Below, piece after piece: positions 56,990 through 64,000 of a stretch of 64,000 nt of DNA. The notes below the pieces were generated by a model. It saw only the letters and a list, made by a program, of their open reading frames with translations, made no database searches and was not told the origin of the DNA. The translations under genes were made by a program, and so were the position numbers. The first letter of the stretch is position 1; every line of letters starts with the position of its first letter. Origin of the DNA: an uncultured Planctomycetia bacterium (lineage in GTDB: Bacteria; Omnitrophota; Gorgyraeia; Duberdicusellales; 4484-171); the NCBI GenBank assembly GCA_964629655.1, contig CAZVQU010000001.1, forward strand, positions 84,788 through 148,787, given 5' to 3'.

Positions 56990-58807
56990 TTATACGCTAA
57001 ACTGTAAGTCGTAAAGCTTCTTGTACAAGCTATCAGCCTTAAGAAGGGTCTGGTGAGTCCCAACCTCTACAATCTTACCCTTTTCAAAAACCACTACTTT
57101 ATCTGCCTTCTGGACAGTAGAAAGACGATGCGCGATGACAAAAGAGGTTCTTCCCTTCATCAACGCATAAAGTGCTTCTTTTATTAACTGTTCTGATGCC
57201 GAATCAAGATGGCTGGTTGCCTCATCTAAAATTAAAATAGGCGAATTCTTTAAAATCGCCCTGGCAATCGCAATTCTTTGCTTTTCCCCTCCTGAGAGTC
57301 GAAATCCTCTATCTCCAACCACAGCATCAAATTTCTGGGGAATATCCATAATGAATTCATACGCATAGGCCTTCTTCGCAGCTTCTATAATCTCAGCCTC
57401 TTGGGCCTTATCCTTTCCATAAGCAATATTATCTCTTATCGTCGAGTTAAAAAGAACTATATCTTGAGACACTACGGCAATAAGGGAGCGCAGATCTTTC
57501 ATCTTAAAATCTTTAATATTTATCCCATCAATGCAAATTGAGCCTTTCTGAGGATCGTAGAAACGAGGAATTAACCCTACTAAGGTAGACTTACCTGCTC
57601 CAGAATGGCCGACTAAAGCAATTACCTCGCCCTTTTTAACCTCTAAATCAACTTTACCCAAAGCAAACTCATCATCATTACTATATTTAAACTCTACATT
57701 TTTAAAGGCAACTCCTTGGGTTAAGTCTTTTATTTCTCTTGCACCCCCTTTCTCTTTTACCTTTGGTTCCTCTTCAAGAATATCATAAATTCTTGCTGAT
57801 GCCGTCAAAGCCTGCTGATTAATAGCATAAACATTAGAAAGCTTCTTGAAAGGTCTGATCATTGACATTAAAAAGGCTAAAAAGGCGCCGATAATACCGA
57901 AAGAAAGCCTTCCTGAAATTACTTCATTCCCAATAACCCAAAGGATTATCACTGCCCCTAACACACCCACAAACTCAGTAAAAGGGGATAGAATAAGTAT
58001 CCTTTTTGCACTCTTTAAGGTAAATTTATAGTAATGGTGATTAATGTCTTTAAATCTCTCAAGCTCATAATCTTCACGGCAAAAAGCCTTTACGATCTGG
58101 GCACCTTGGATGGTCTCAGCCATGAGCGAATTCAAATCAGCTATTTTATTCTGCACTTCTAGGGCAAATTTCTTAATCCTTTTGCCGATTCTTACTACCG
58201 GAAACATTATGCAAGGAAAGATAACAAAGGCGACTAACGGCAATTTCCAGGAAATCTTAAAACCGATATAAAAAGCGCAAAAAGCAAAAAAAGTTACTTT
58301 CATTGACTCAAAGATAAGATCTTTAAGTGCATAAGAAATTGCATTAGTGATAATTGCTACATCATTAGTAACCCGAGCCATTAGCTCGCCGGTTCTCTTA
58401 CGGCCATAGAACTCCATAGATAAATCTTGAAACTTCCCGTAAAGATTATTTCGTACATCCCGCACTACCCCCTGGCCGGCAATATTCATCAGATACTCTT
58501 GCAAAAAGATGAATATCCCTTTGAGCAAAAAAAGTAGGGGCATGAAAATTATAATGAATTTTAAAAAGGTCAAAGGCTCTATAACATTAAGCTTATCGAT
58601 GATTGTAGCTAAGAATGGCGGCAATTTCCCGGGAATAACTATCTGCTTATTGGTAAGTATCCTGTCAGATAAAGGCACTATCATCCCCAAGCTAGCCCCC
58701 TCAAAGATGGTAGACACACCCATGCAGAGCCCAGCCAAGGCTAAAATTCCTCGATAGGATTTAGCAAATCTAAGTAATTTCAGGTATTCTTTTATATAAT
58801 TCTTCAT
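56990..58807 (-). CDS. msbA: Lipid A export ABC transporter MsbA-like
   Basis: TMD plus NBD: GHSGAGKST, LSGGEKQRIAIARA, ILILDEATS, IAHRLST; divergent from lpxB; ATG 58807 with GAGG SD. Confidence 0.85.
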   Translation of the reverse strand: MKNYIKEYLKLLRFAKSYRGILALAGLCMGVSTIFEGASLGMIVPLSDRILTNKQIVIPGKLPPFLATIIDKLNVIEPLTFLKFIIIFMPLLFLLKGIFIFLQEYLMNIAGQGVVRDVRNNLYGKFQDLSMEFYGRKRTGELMARVTNDVAIITNAISYALKDLIFESMKVTFFAFCAFYIGFKISWKLPLVAFVIFPCIMFPVVRIGKRIKKFALEVQNKIADLNSLMAETIQGAQIVKAFCREDYELERFKDINHHYYKFTLKSAKRILILSPFTEFVGVLGAVIILWVIGNEVISGRLSFGIIGAFLAFLMSMIRPFKKLSNVYAINQQALTASARIYDILEEEPKVKEKGGAREIKDLTQGVAFKNVEFKYSNDDEFALGKVDLEVKKGEVIALVGHSGAGKSTLVGLIPRFYDPQKGSICIDGINIKDFKMKDLRSLIAVVSQDIVLFNSTIRDNIAYGKDKAQEAEIIEAAKKAYAYEFIMDIPQKFDAVVGDRGFRLSGGEKQRIAIARAILKNSPILILDEATSHLDSASEQLIKEALYALMKGRTSFVIAHRLSTVQKADKVVVFEKGKIVEVGTHQTLLKADSLYKKLYDLQFSV

Positions 58808-58843
58808 AGCTTCCTCAAGATTTAGAGGATTGTACCACATCAA

Positions 58844-58872
58844 TTGACTTTTCACAAGGAATTTGATAGTAT
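58844..58872 (+). promoter_or_regulatory. Sigma70-type promoter of gnnA-lpxB, overlapping a divergent msbA promoter
   Basis: TTGACT-17 nt-TAGTAT with extended TG, 7 nt before ATG 58880; on - strand TTGTGA-17 nt-TACAAT. Confidence 0.65.
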
Positions 58873-58879
58873 GTTAAAT

Positions 58880-59779
58880 ATGATAAGGGTAGGAATAGTC
58901 GGAATAGGAAAGCTGGGCAGTATCCACTTACGCATCTACAAAGAACTCAAGGAGATAGGGAAAATTTACCTTGTAGATACCGACCCTGAAATATTAGGCC
59001 ATCATCAAATCGGCCACTGCCTAAAGGATTACCGAAACCTAAAAGGCAAGGTGGACCTGGTAAGCATTGCTACCCCCACCTCTAGCCACTACAAAATTGC
59101 TAAATTCTTTCTCAAGAACAAAATCCCGGTTTTGGTAGAAAAACCCCTGACCCAAGACTTAAAAGAGGCAAAGAACCTCATCGCTATGTCAAAGAAAAAT
59201 AAAACCCTTCTCTTTGTCGGTCATGTCGAAAGATATAATAATGCCTACTTGGCAATAAAAAAGATTATTAAAAATCCTCTTTTCATTGAATGCCACCGCT
59301 TAAGCCCTTATCCTCATCGTTCCTTAGATATCAGCGTTGTCCTGGACTTAATGATACACGACCTAGATATAATCCTCTACCTATTAAGAGACAGTGTTAA
59401 AAAAATCGATGCCAAGGGAGTAAAAATCCTATCCTCTACAGAAGATATAGCTAACGCCCGTATTACTTTTAAAAACGGTTGCGTGACAAATATAACTGCC
59501 TCTCGAATATCCCAAAAAAGAGAGAGAAAAATAAGAATATTCATGCCTCAGGCCTACATCTCCTTAGATTATGCCCAGCAAACAGTAGAAATATATAAAA
59601 AATTGAAGACTAAGATTATTAAGAAACTCCTTCCGGTAAGTAAAGAAGAGCCCTTAAAAAAAGAAATTGCTGATTTTGTGAGTTTAGTTACCCGAAATAA
59701 GTCTGACACAGGATATGCCGAAGCCGCAAAAGACGCCTTAGAGCTCGCCTGTAAAATAGAGAAAATAATATCAAAATAA
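58880..59779 (+). CDS. Gfo/Idh/MocA oxidoreductase, probable UDP-GlcNAc 3-dehydrogenase (GnnA-like)
   Basis: GIVGIGKLG..H, VLVEKP, VGHVERYN, VVLDLMIHDLD, TASRIS; directly upstream of lpxB. Confidence 0.82.
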   Translation: MIRVGIVGIGKLGSIHLRIYKELKEIGKIYLVDTDPEILGHHQIGHCLKDYRNLKGKVDLVSIATPTSSHYKIAKFFLKNKIPVLVEKPLTQDLKEAKNLIAMSKKNKTLLFVGHVERYNNAYLAIKKIIKNPLFIECHRLSPYPHRSLDISVVLDLMIHDLDIILYLLRDSVKKIDAKGVKILSSTEDIANARITFKNGCVTNITASRISQKRERKIRIFMPQAYISLDYAQQTVEIYKKLKTKIIKKLLPVSKEEPLKKEIADFVSLVTRNKSDTGYAEAAKDALELACKIEKIISK

Positions 59780-59781
59780 AA

Positions 59782-60864
59782 ATGGAAAAAATCGTCATTG
59801 TTGCTGGAGATAAGTCAGGTGACCTTTATGGGGGCCTCTTAAGTAAACAATTAAAGAGTAAATTCCCAAACCTTGAGATTTATTCTTTTGGTGGAGAAAA
59901 ACTTGCCGAATACTCCCAACAAATAATTAATCTTCTGTCTCACTCAGTATGCGGTCTAGTTGAGGTCCTCTCCTCTCTAGGGAAACTCCTTAAAATCTTT
60001 AAAAGGACTAAAGAAACTATCCTCAATCTTAAACCGGATTTGATAATCTTAATAGATTTTCCTGACTTTAACTTGCGACTGGCTAAAGAGCTTAACAAAG
60101 AATTTCCTCTCATCTACTACGTTAGCCCCCAAATCTGGGCTTGGAGAAAAAAAAGGATAGAAACAATAAAAAAGTATGTCGACAAGATGGTAGTGCTTTT
60201 TGAATTTGAAGAAGCCTTCTACAAAAATGAAGGTATGGATGTTTTATACTTTGGACATCCGCTCTTAGAGATAATTAAGGAAGAAGATACTGAACCAAAT
60301 AAAATTATCTCATTTTTACCCGGATCAAGGAAGAATGAAGTAAAGCGGCATCTTCCGACAATGATAAAAACAAAGAAAATCATTGAAAAGGAATTGGATG
60401 GATATCAATTTAGGATAATAAGGCCGCCGAATTTGGAAAAAGATTTTTATGAGAAGTTTTCGCCTAATATCGATATAGTCAACCACTCCTATAAGACGAT
60501 TAAAGAATCAAAGTTTATCATAGCATCTTCAGGCACGGCTACAGTTGAGCTGGCCATATTAGGAATACCTTACGTTATAATCTATAAACTTAATCCTTTA
60601 AGCTGGCATATTTTAAAAAGAATGGTAAAAACTGATTTTGTCGGCATGGTTAATATACTATCTCGACACAAAATTGTTGATGAACTCCTTCAGGAGCAAG
60701 CCAACCCCAAAAATCTAGCCTCAATAACTTTAAAGTACCTAAGGGATAACCAAAAATACTCTCAGCTAAGGAATGAGTTAAAAAAAATAAAAGATAGACT
60801 TTGCCCTCATAACGCAACTGAGAAATTCGCTGATTTTATTGGTAATTATCTGAAATTGACTTAA
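59782..60864 (+). CDS. lpxB: Lipid-A-disaccharide synthase
   Basis: AGD.SGD..G, IDFPDFN, YYVSPQIWAWR, GHPL, LPGSR..E, SGTATVE. Confidence 0.96.
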   Translation: MEKIVIVAGDKSGDLYGGLLSKQLKSKFPNLEIYSFGGEKLAEYSQQIINLLSHSVCGLVEVLSSLGKLLKIFKRTKETILNLKPDLIILIDFPDFNLRLAKELNKEFPLIYYVSPQIWAWRKKRIETIKKYVDKMVVLFEFEEAFYKNEGMDVLYFGHPLLEIIKEEDTEPNKIISFLPGSRKNEVKRHLPTMIKTKKIIEKELDGYQFRIIRPPNLEKDFYEKFSPNIDIVNHSYKTIKESKFIIASSGTATVELAILGIPYVIIYKLNPLSWHILKRMVKTDFVGMVNILSRHKIVDELLQEQANPKNLASITLKYLRDNQKYSQLRNELKKIKDRLCPHNATEKFADFIGNYLKLT

Positions 60865-60884
60865 GGAATAACTGGAAAGACAGG

Positions 60885-62705
60885 TTATCTTTTCCGAGGT
60901 TTTTTCTCCTTCCTTATGAAGTGATAAACGCTTAGAATCGCTGCCGGAGTAATGCCGCTTATTTTCAAAGCCTGCCCTAATGAAGAAGGCTTAAATTTCG
61001 TTAATTTCTCAGCCACTTCTCTAGATAAGGAAGGAACTTTTGAGTAATCAACTTTAGGTATTTTTATCTTATCCAAATTCTTTAACTCTTTCTGCCAAAG
61101 AAATTCTCTGCGCAAGAAACCCTCATATTTTGCTTGTATCTCGACTTCCCAGCCTACTCCTAAATTTTTAATTTTTTCTTGAGCCTGCTTTTCAACATCC
61201 CTAAAGGTAATTCTTGGCCGCTTCAGGAAATCAAACAAAAGTATGCTTTTACCTCCAACAATAGTTCTCTTGCTTTTCAGGTTCTTTATTAACCTATCAA
61301 TGCTATTCTTCTTATCTAAGGCTAACCCGTATTCATTCTTAGCCAACAGCCCAAGTTTAAACCCAAAAGACGCTAACCGTAAGTCAGCATTACTTTCACG
61401 TAAGGTTAGGCGAAATTCACTACGGGAAGTAAACATCCTGTAAGGCTCATCAGTTCCCTTGGCAGTTAAATCATCAATTAAAACTCCGATATAAGCCTGG
61501 TCCCTTCTTAAGATAAAAGGTTCTTCTCCTCTTACCTGCAAAGCAGCGTTAATACCGGCAATTATCCCTTGGGCTGCTGCTTCTTCATAGCCAGTAGTCC
61601 CATTTACCTGGCCGGCAAAATAAAGTCCTTTAATTTTTTTGGTCTCAAGTGTAGGGTAAAGCTGACGGGAATCAATTAGACCATATTCTATACCGTAACC
61701 GGGAGATAAAATTACTGCCTGTTCTAACCCCTCTATAGTATGGACAAACTTAGCCTGAACATCCACTGGCAGCGAGGTTGAGATACCATTAGGATAGACT
61801 TCTAAAGAATCTCTCCCCTCGGGTTCAACAAAAATCTGATGTCTTTCTCGCTCAGGAAATTTTACTACCTTGTCTTCCAAAGAAGGACAATATCTTACCC
61901 CTCTTGAAGTTATTTTTCCGGTATAAAGAGGTGAGTACTTTAAATTATCTCTAATTACCTTATGGGTCTTCTTATTGGTATAAGTTATGAAACAACTAAG
62001 ACCATCTTCAGATATGCTTTTATTGGAAAAGGAAAAAGGCAAGACATTGCTTTCAGGCCTCTGCTCTTTCATCTTCGAAAAATCAATTGTCCGTTTATCT
62101 AAACGGGCACAGGTACCAGTCTTAAAATGCTTAGTCTTAATACCGTTTCCTCTTATTTGAGCGAATAAACTATCGCTTGAATCCTCATTTAGCCTCCCTC
62201 CGGGAAAACTATTCAGCCCAATATGAACCCTGCTCTTCAAAAACGTCCCGGCACAAATCACCACACTTTTGCCTTGGAAAACTTCTCTATGATCAGTTTC
62301 AATGCCATATACTTTTTTATTTCTTACGAGGATTGCCTTAACTTTAGCTTGAACAATGTCAATATTATTATTCTCCCTTAATAATTTTCTGGCGACTTTA
62401 GGGTAAGAAAACATATCTACCTGGGCCCGAGTAGACCAGACTGCCTTACCCTTGCTTGCATTCAAAATCCGATAGCATAATGCACATTTATCAGCAATTT
62501 TACCGATTAGTCCACCTAAAGCATCTACCTCCCTGACTAAATTACCTTTAGATACTCCTCCTATTGCCGGATTGCAGGATAACTTGCCTATGGAATTGAC
62601 ATCTGTAGTCAGCAAGAGCACCGAACTCTCCAATTTGGCTGCAGCATTACTGGCCTCAATCCCAGCGTGACCAGCACCTATAACTATACAATCGTATTTT
62701 TTCAT
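60885..62705 (-). CDS. mnmG: tRNA uridine-5-carboxymethylaminomethyl(34) synthesis enzyme MnmG (GidA)
   Basis: IGAGHAG.EA, SCNPAIGG..KG, RYCPSLEDK, AGQVNGTTGYEEAAAQG, EPYRMFTSR. Confidence 0.97.
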   Translation of the reverse strand: MKKYDCIVIGAGHAGIEASNAAAKLESSVLLLTTDVNSIGKLSCNPAIGGVSKGNLVREVDALGGLIGKIADKCALCYRILNASKGKAVWSTRAQVDMFSYPKVARKLLRENNNIDIVQAKVKAILVRNKKVYGIETDHREVFQGKSVVICAGTFLKSRVHIGLNSFPGGRLNEDSSDSLFAQIRGNGIKTKHFKTGTCARLDKRTIDFSKMKEQRPESNVLPFSFSNKSISEDGLSCFITYTNKKTHKVIRDNLKYSPLYTGKITSRGVRYCPSLEDKVVKFPERERHQIFVEPEGRDSLEVYPNGISTSLPVDVQAKFVHTIEGLEQAVILSPGYGIEYGLIDSRQLYPTLETKKIKGLYFAGQVNGTTGYEEAAAQGIIAGINAALQVRGEEPFILRRDQAYIGVLIDDLTAKGTDEPYRMFTSRSEFRLTLRESNADLRLASFGFKLGLLAKNEYGLALDKKNSIDRLIKNLKSKRTIVGGKSILLFDFLKRPRITFRDVEKQAQEKIKNLGVGWEVEIQAKYEGFLRREFLWQKELKNLDKIKIPKVDYSKVPSLSREVAEKLTKFKPSSLGQALKISGITPAAILSVYHFIRKEKKPRKR

Positions 62706-62794
62706 AGCTTATGATTTTAACATAATTTATTGAGAAAAAGAATATATTATCGCAAGATTAAACGGTAGGCTTTTTCGTTCTTGAGGGGAAAAAA

Positions 62795-63541
62795 TTACTT
62801 TTCCTTAGTTTGTTTAGCCACAGAATCAATGGCTTTACTAATAACCTCGGGGTCTCCTAAATAGTAGTGCTTTATTGGTTTTAAGTCATCATCCAGCTCA
62901 TAGACAAGAGGTATTCCGGTGGGTATGTTAAGCTTAACTATTGCCTGGTCGCTAACTCCATCTAGATATTTAACTAAAGCCCGTAAGCTATTGCCATGAG
63001 CAGTAATAATTACCTTTTTACCTTTACGCAAAGTTGGAACAATAGTCTCATGCCAATAAGGCAAGAATCTTTCCACAGTATCTTTTAAGCACTCAGTCAA
63101 AGGAAGTTCCTGAGGTGTTAAATCTTTATAACGGGGGTCCTTGCCGGGAAAACGCTTATCACCCTCTGTTAAGGCCGGGGGTTGAGTATCGTAACTTCTT
63201 CGCCAAATCAATACCTGTTCCTTGCCAAATTTCTGAACTGTTTCTAATTTATTTAGACCTTGCAAAGCACCATAATGCCGTTCGTTAAGACGCCATGACC
63301 TACGGACTGGAATCCACATTAAGTCCATGTCTCTTAAGACTATCCAGAGAGTTGAAATTGCCCGTTTAAGAACCGAAGTGTAAGCGATGTCAAAGCTGAA
63401 ATCTTCCTTCCTAAGCCACTCTGCTGATGAATAGGCCTCAGCTACTCCCTTCTCAGACAACCCTACATCAGTCCAACCAGTAAATCTATTTTCGAGATTC
63501 CAAATGCTCTCACCATGCCTTAATAGAACTAATTTAATCAT
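62795..63541 (-). CDS. gpmA: 2,3-bisphosphoglycerate-dependent phosphoglycerate mutase
   Basis: [43 protein letters not shown]. Confidence 0.97.
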   Translation of the reverse strand: MIKLVLLRHGESIWNLENRFTGWTDVGLSEKGVAEAYSSAEWLRKEDFSFDIAYTSVLKRAISTLWIVLRDMDLMWIPVRRSWRLNERHYGALQGLNKLETVQKFGKEQVLIWRRSYDTQPPALTEGDKRFPGKDPRYKDLTPQELPLTECLKDTVERFLPYWHETIVPTLRKGKKVIITAHGNSLRALVKYLDGVSDQAIVKLNIPTGIPLVYELDDDLKPIKHYYLGDPEVISKAIDSVAKQTKEK

Positions 63542-63553
63542 ATGTCCCCTTGA

Positions 63554-64000
63554 TTAGCACTTTGAGTATCCGCAGCCATCGCAGGTCAAACATCCTTCTT
63601 GATGCCTAAGGGCAGAACCGCAATCTGGACACACTCCGACCACATTGTTAGACCTCTTCTTCTTAGCGCCTACAGAAACTTTTTCTTTCTTCGCCGGGAA
63701 TTCTGCTGTTACCTTGGCTACTTCTTTCTGATCCGTCGTTCTCTTCTCTAAGACCCGAGCAATAGCATCAGCGCAGGAGAAGATTTTCTTCCCCTTATCC
63801 CAAGAAGGAGAAGGACATCTTATGCCTTTAAGTTGCTCAACAATAACCTTTACGTCAATTCCTCCGCGAAGGGCTAAAGAAACTAACCGGCCTACAGCTT
63901 CGAGCTGAGAAGCAGCACATCCGCCGGCTTTACCCATCTGGGTAAAGACCTCAAAGAAATTACCCTCTTCATCTTGGTTAACTGTGATATAGAGATTTCC
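63554..64000 (-). CDS. nrdJ: C-terminal TSCPD plus zinc-ribbon part of a class II (B12-dependent) ribonucleotide reductase, 5'-truncated
   Basis: Frame open to window end: GNLYITVN..FEVFTQMGKAGGC...QLKGIRC...SCADAIA...CPDCG...EGCLTCDGCGYSKC; could also be a stand-alone TSCPD protein. Confidence 0.8.
   Translation of the reverse strand, partial: GNLYITVNQDEEGNFFEVFTQMGKAGGCAASQLEAVGRLVSLALRGGIDVKVIVEQLKGIRCPSPSWDKGKKIFSCADAIARVLEKRTTDQKEVAKVTAEFPAKKEKVSVGAKKKRSNNVVGVCPDCGSALRHQEGCLTCDGCGYSKC

Noticed and set aside
27134-58879. Long N-terminal extensions of ribD, nusB, hisC, msbA and gnnA in the ORF track
   Set aside because: They overlap upstream genes or promoter elements; downstream starts fit family N-termini and SD/promoter positions better
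764-61443. Short ORFs antisense to or nested in annotated genes (e.g. 2070..2573, 5434..5799, 7474..7845, 19497..19769, 24112..24300, 32281..32607)
   Set aside because: Shadows of well-supported genes, with no recognisable motifs

Overview
Dense, AT-rich bacterial chromosome segment with almost all genes on the - strand; only rpsU-RRM and gnnA-lpxB are on +. Gene order and protein style suggest a diderm PVC-related lineage such as Ca. Omnitrophota (inference, not tested). In coordinate order it holds a type IV pilus locus (four pilins, pilC, pilB with MshEN, short secretin, pilP/O-like, pilM-pilN fusion, small Xis/BldC-like HTH gene), then lipoate plus glycine cleavage genes, DUF167-rmuC-coaC-coaB, an APC permease-PTS EIIA fusion, rpsU-RRM, addB-addA-PilZ-nitroreductase, a riboflavin/nusB cluster with a PHP hydrolase, rpsI-rplM, hisAHBD, alaS-recX-degP-recA, plsY-pgsA-lepB-lepA, cmk and aromatic amino acid genes, a permease-less PTS cluster with yvcK, three tRNAs, frr-pyrH-tsf-rpsB, msbA/gnnA-lpxB, mnmG, gpmA and the 3' end of a class II ribonucleotide reductase. 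I found no prophage, transposase, CRISPR array or known riboswitch. The best novelty candidates are the pilus promoter (HTH gene flanked by 10-bp direct repeats, plus a pair of NrdR-box-like sites), the phospho-His EIIA-fused permease, a PHP enzyme coupled to ribD, several leaderless or near-leaderless promoters and a pseudoknot-like rpsB leader. All calls come from reading motifs by eye; no searches were run.
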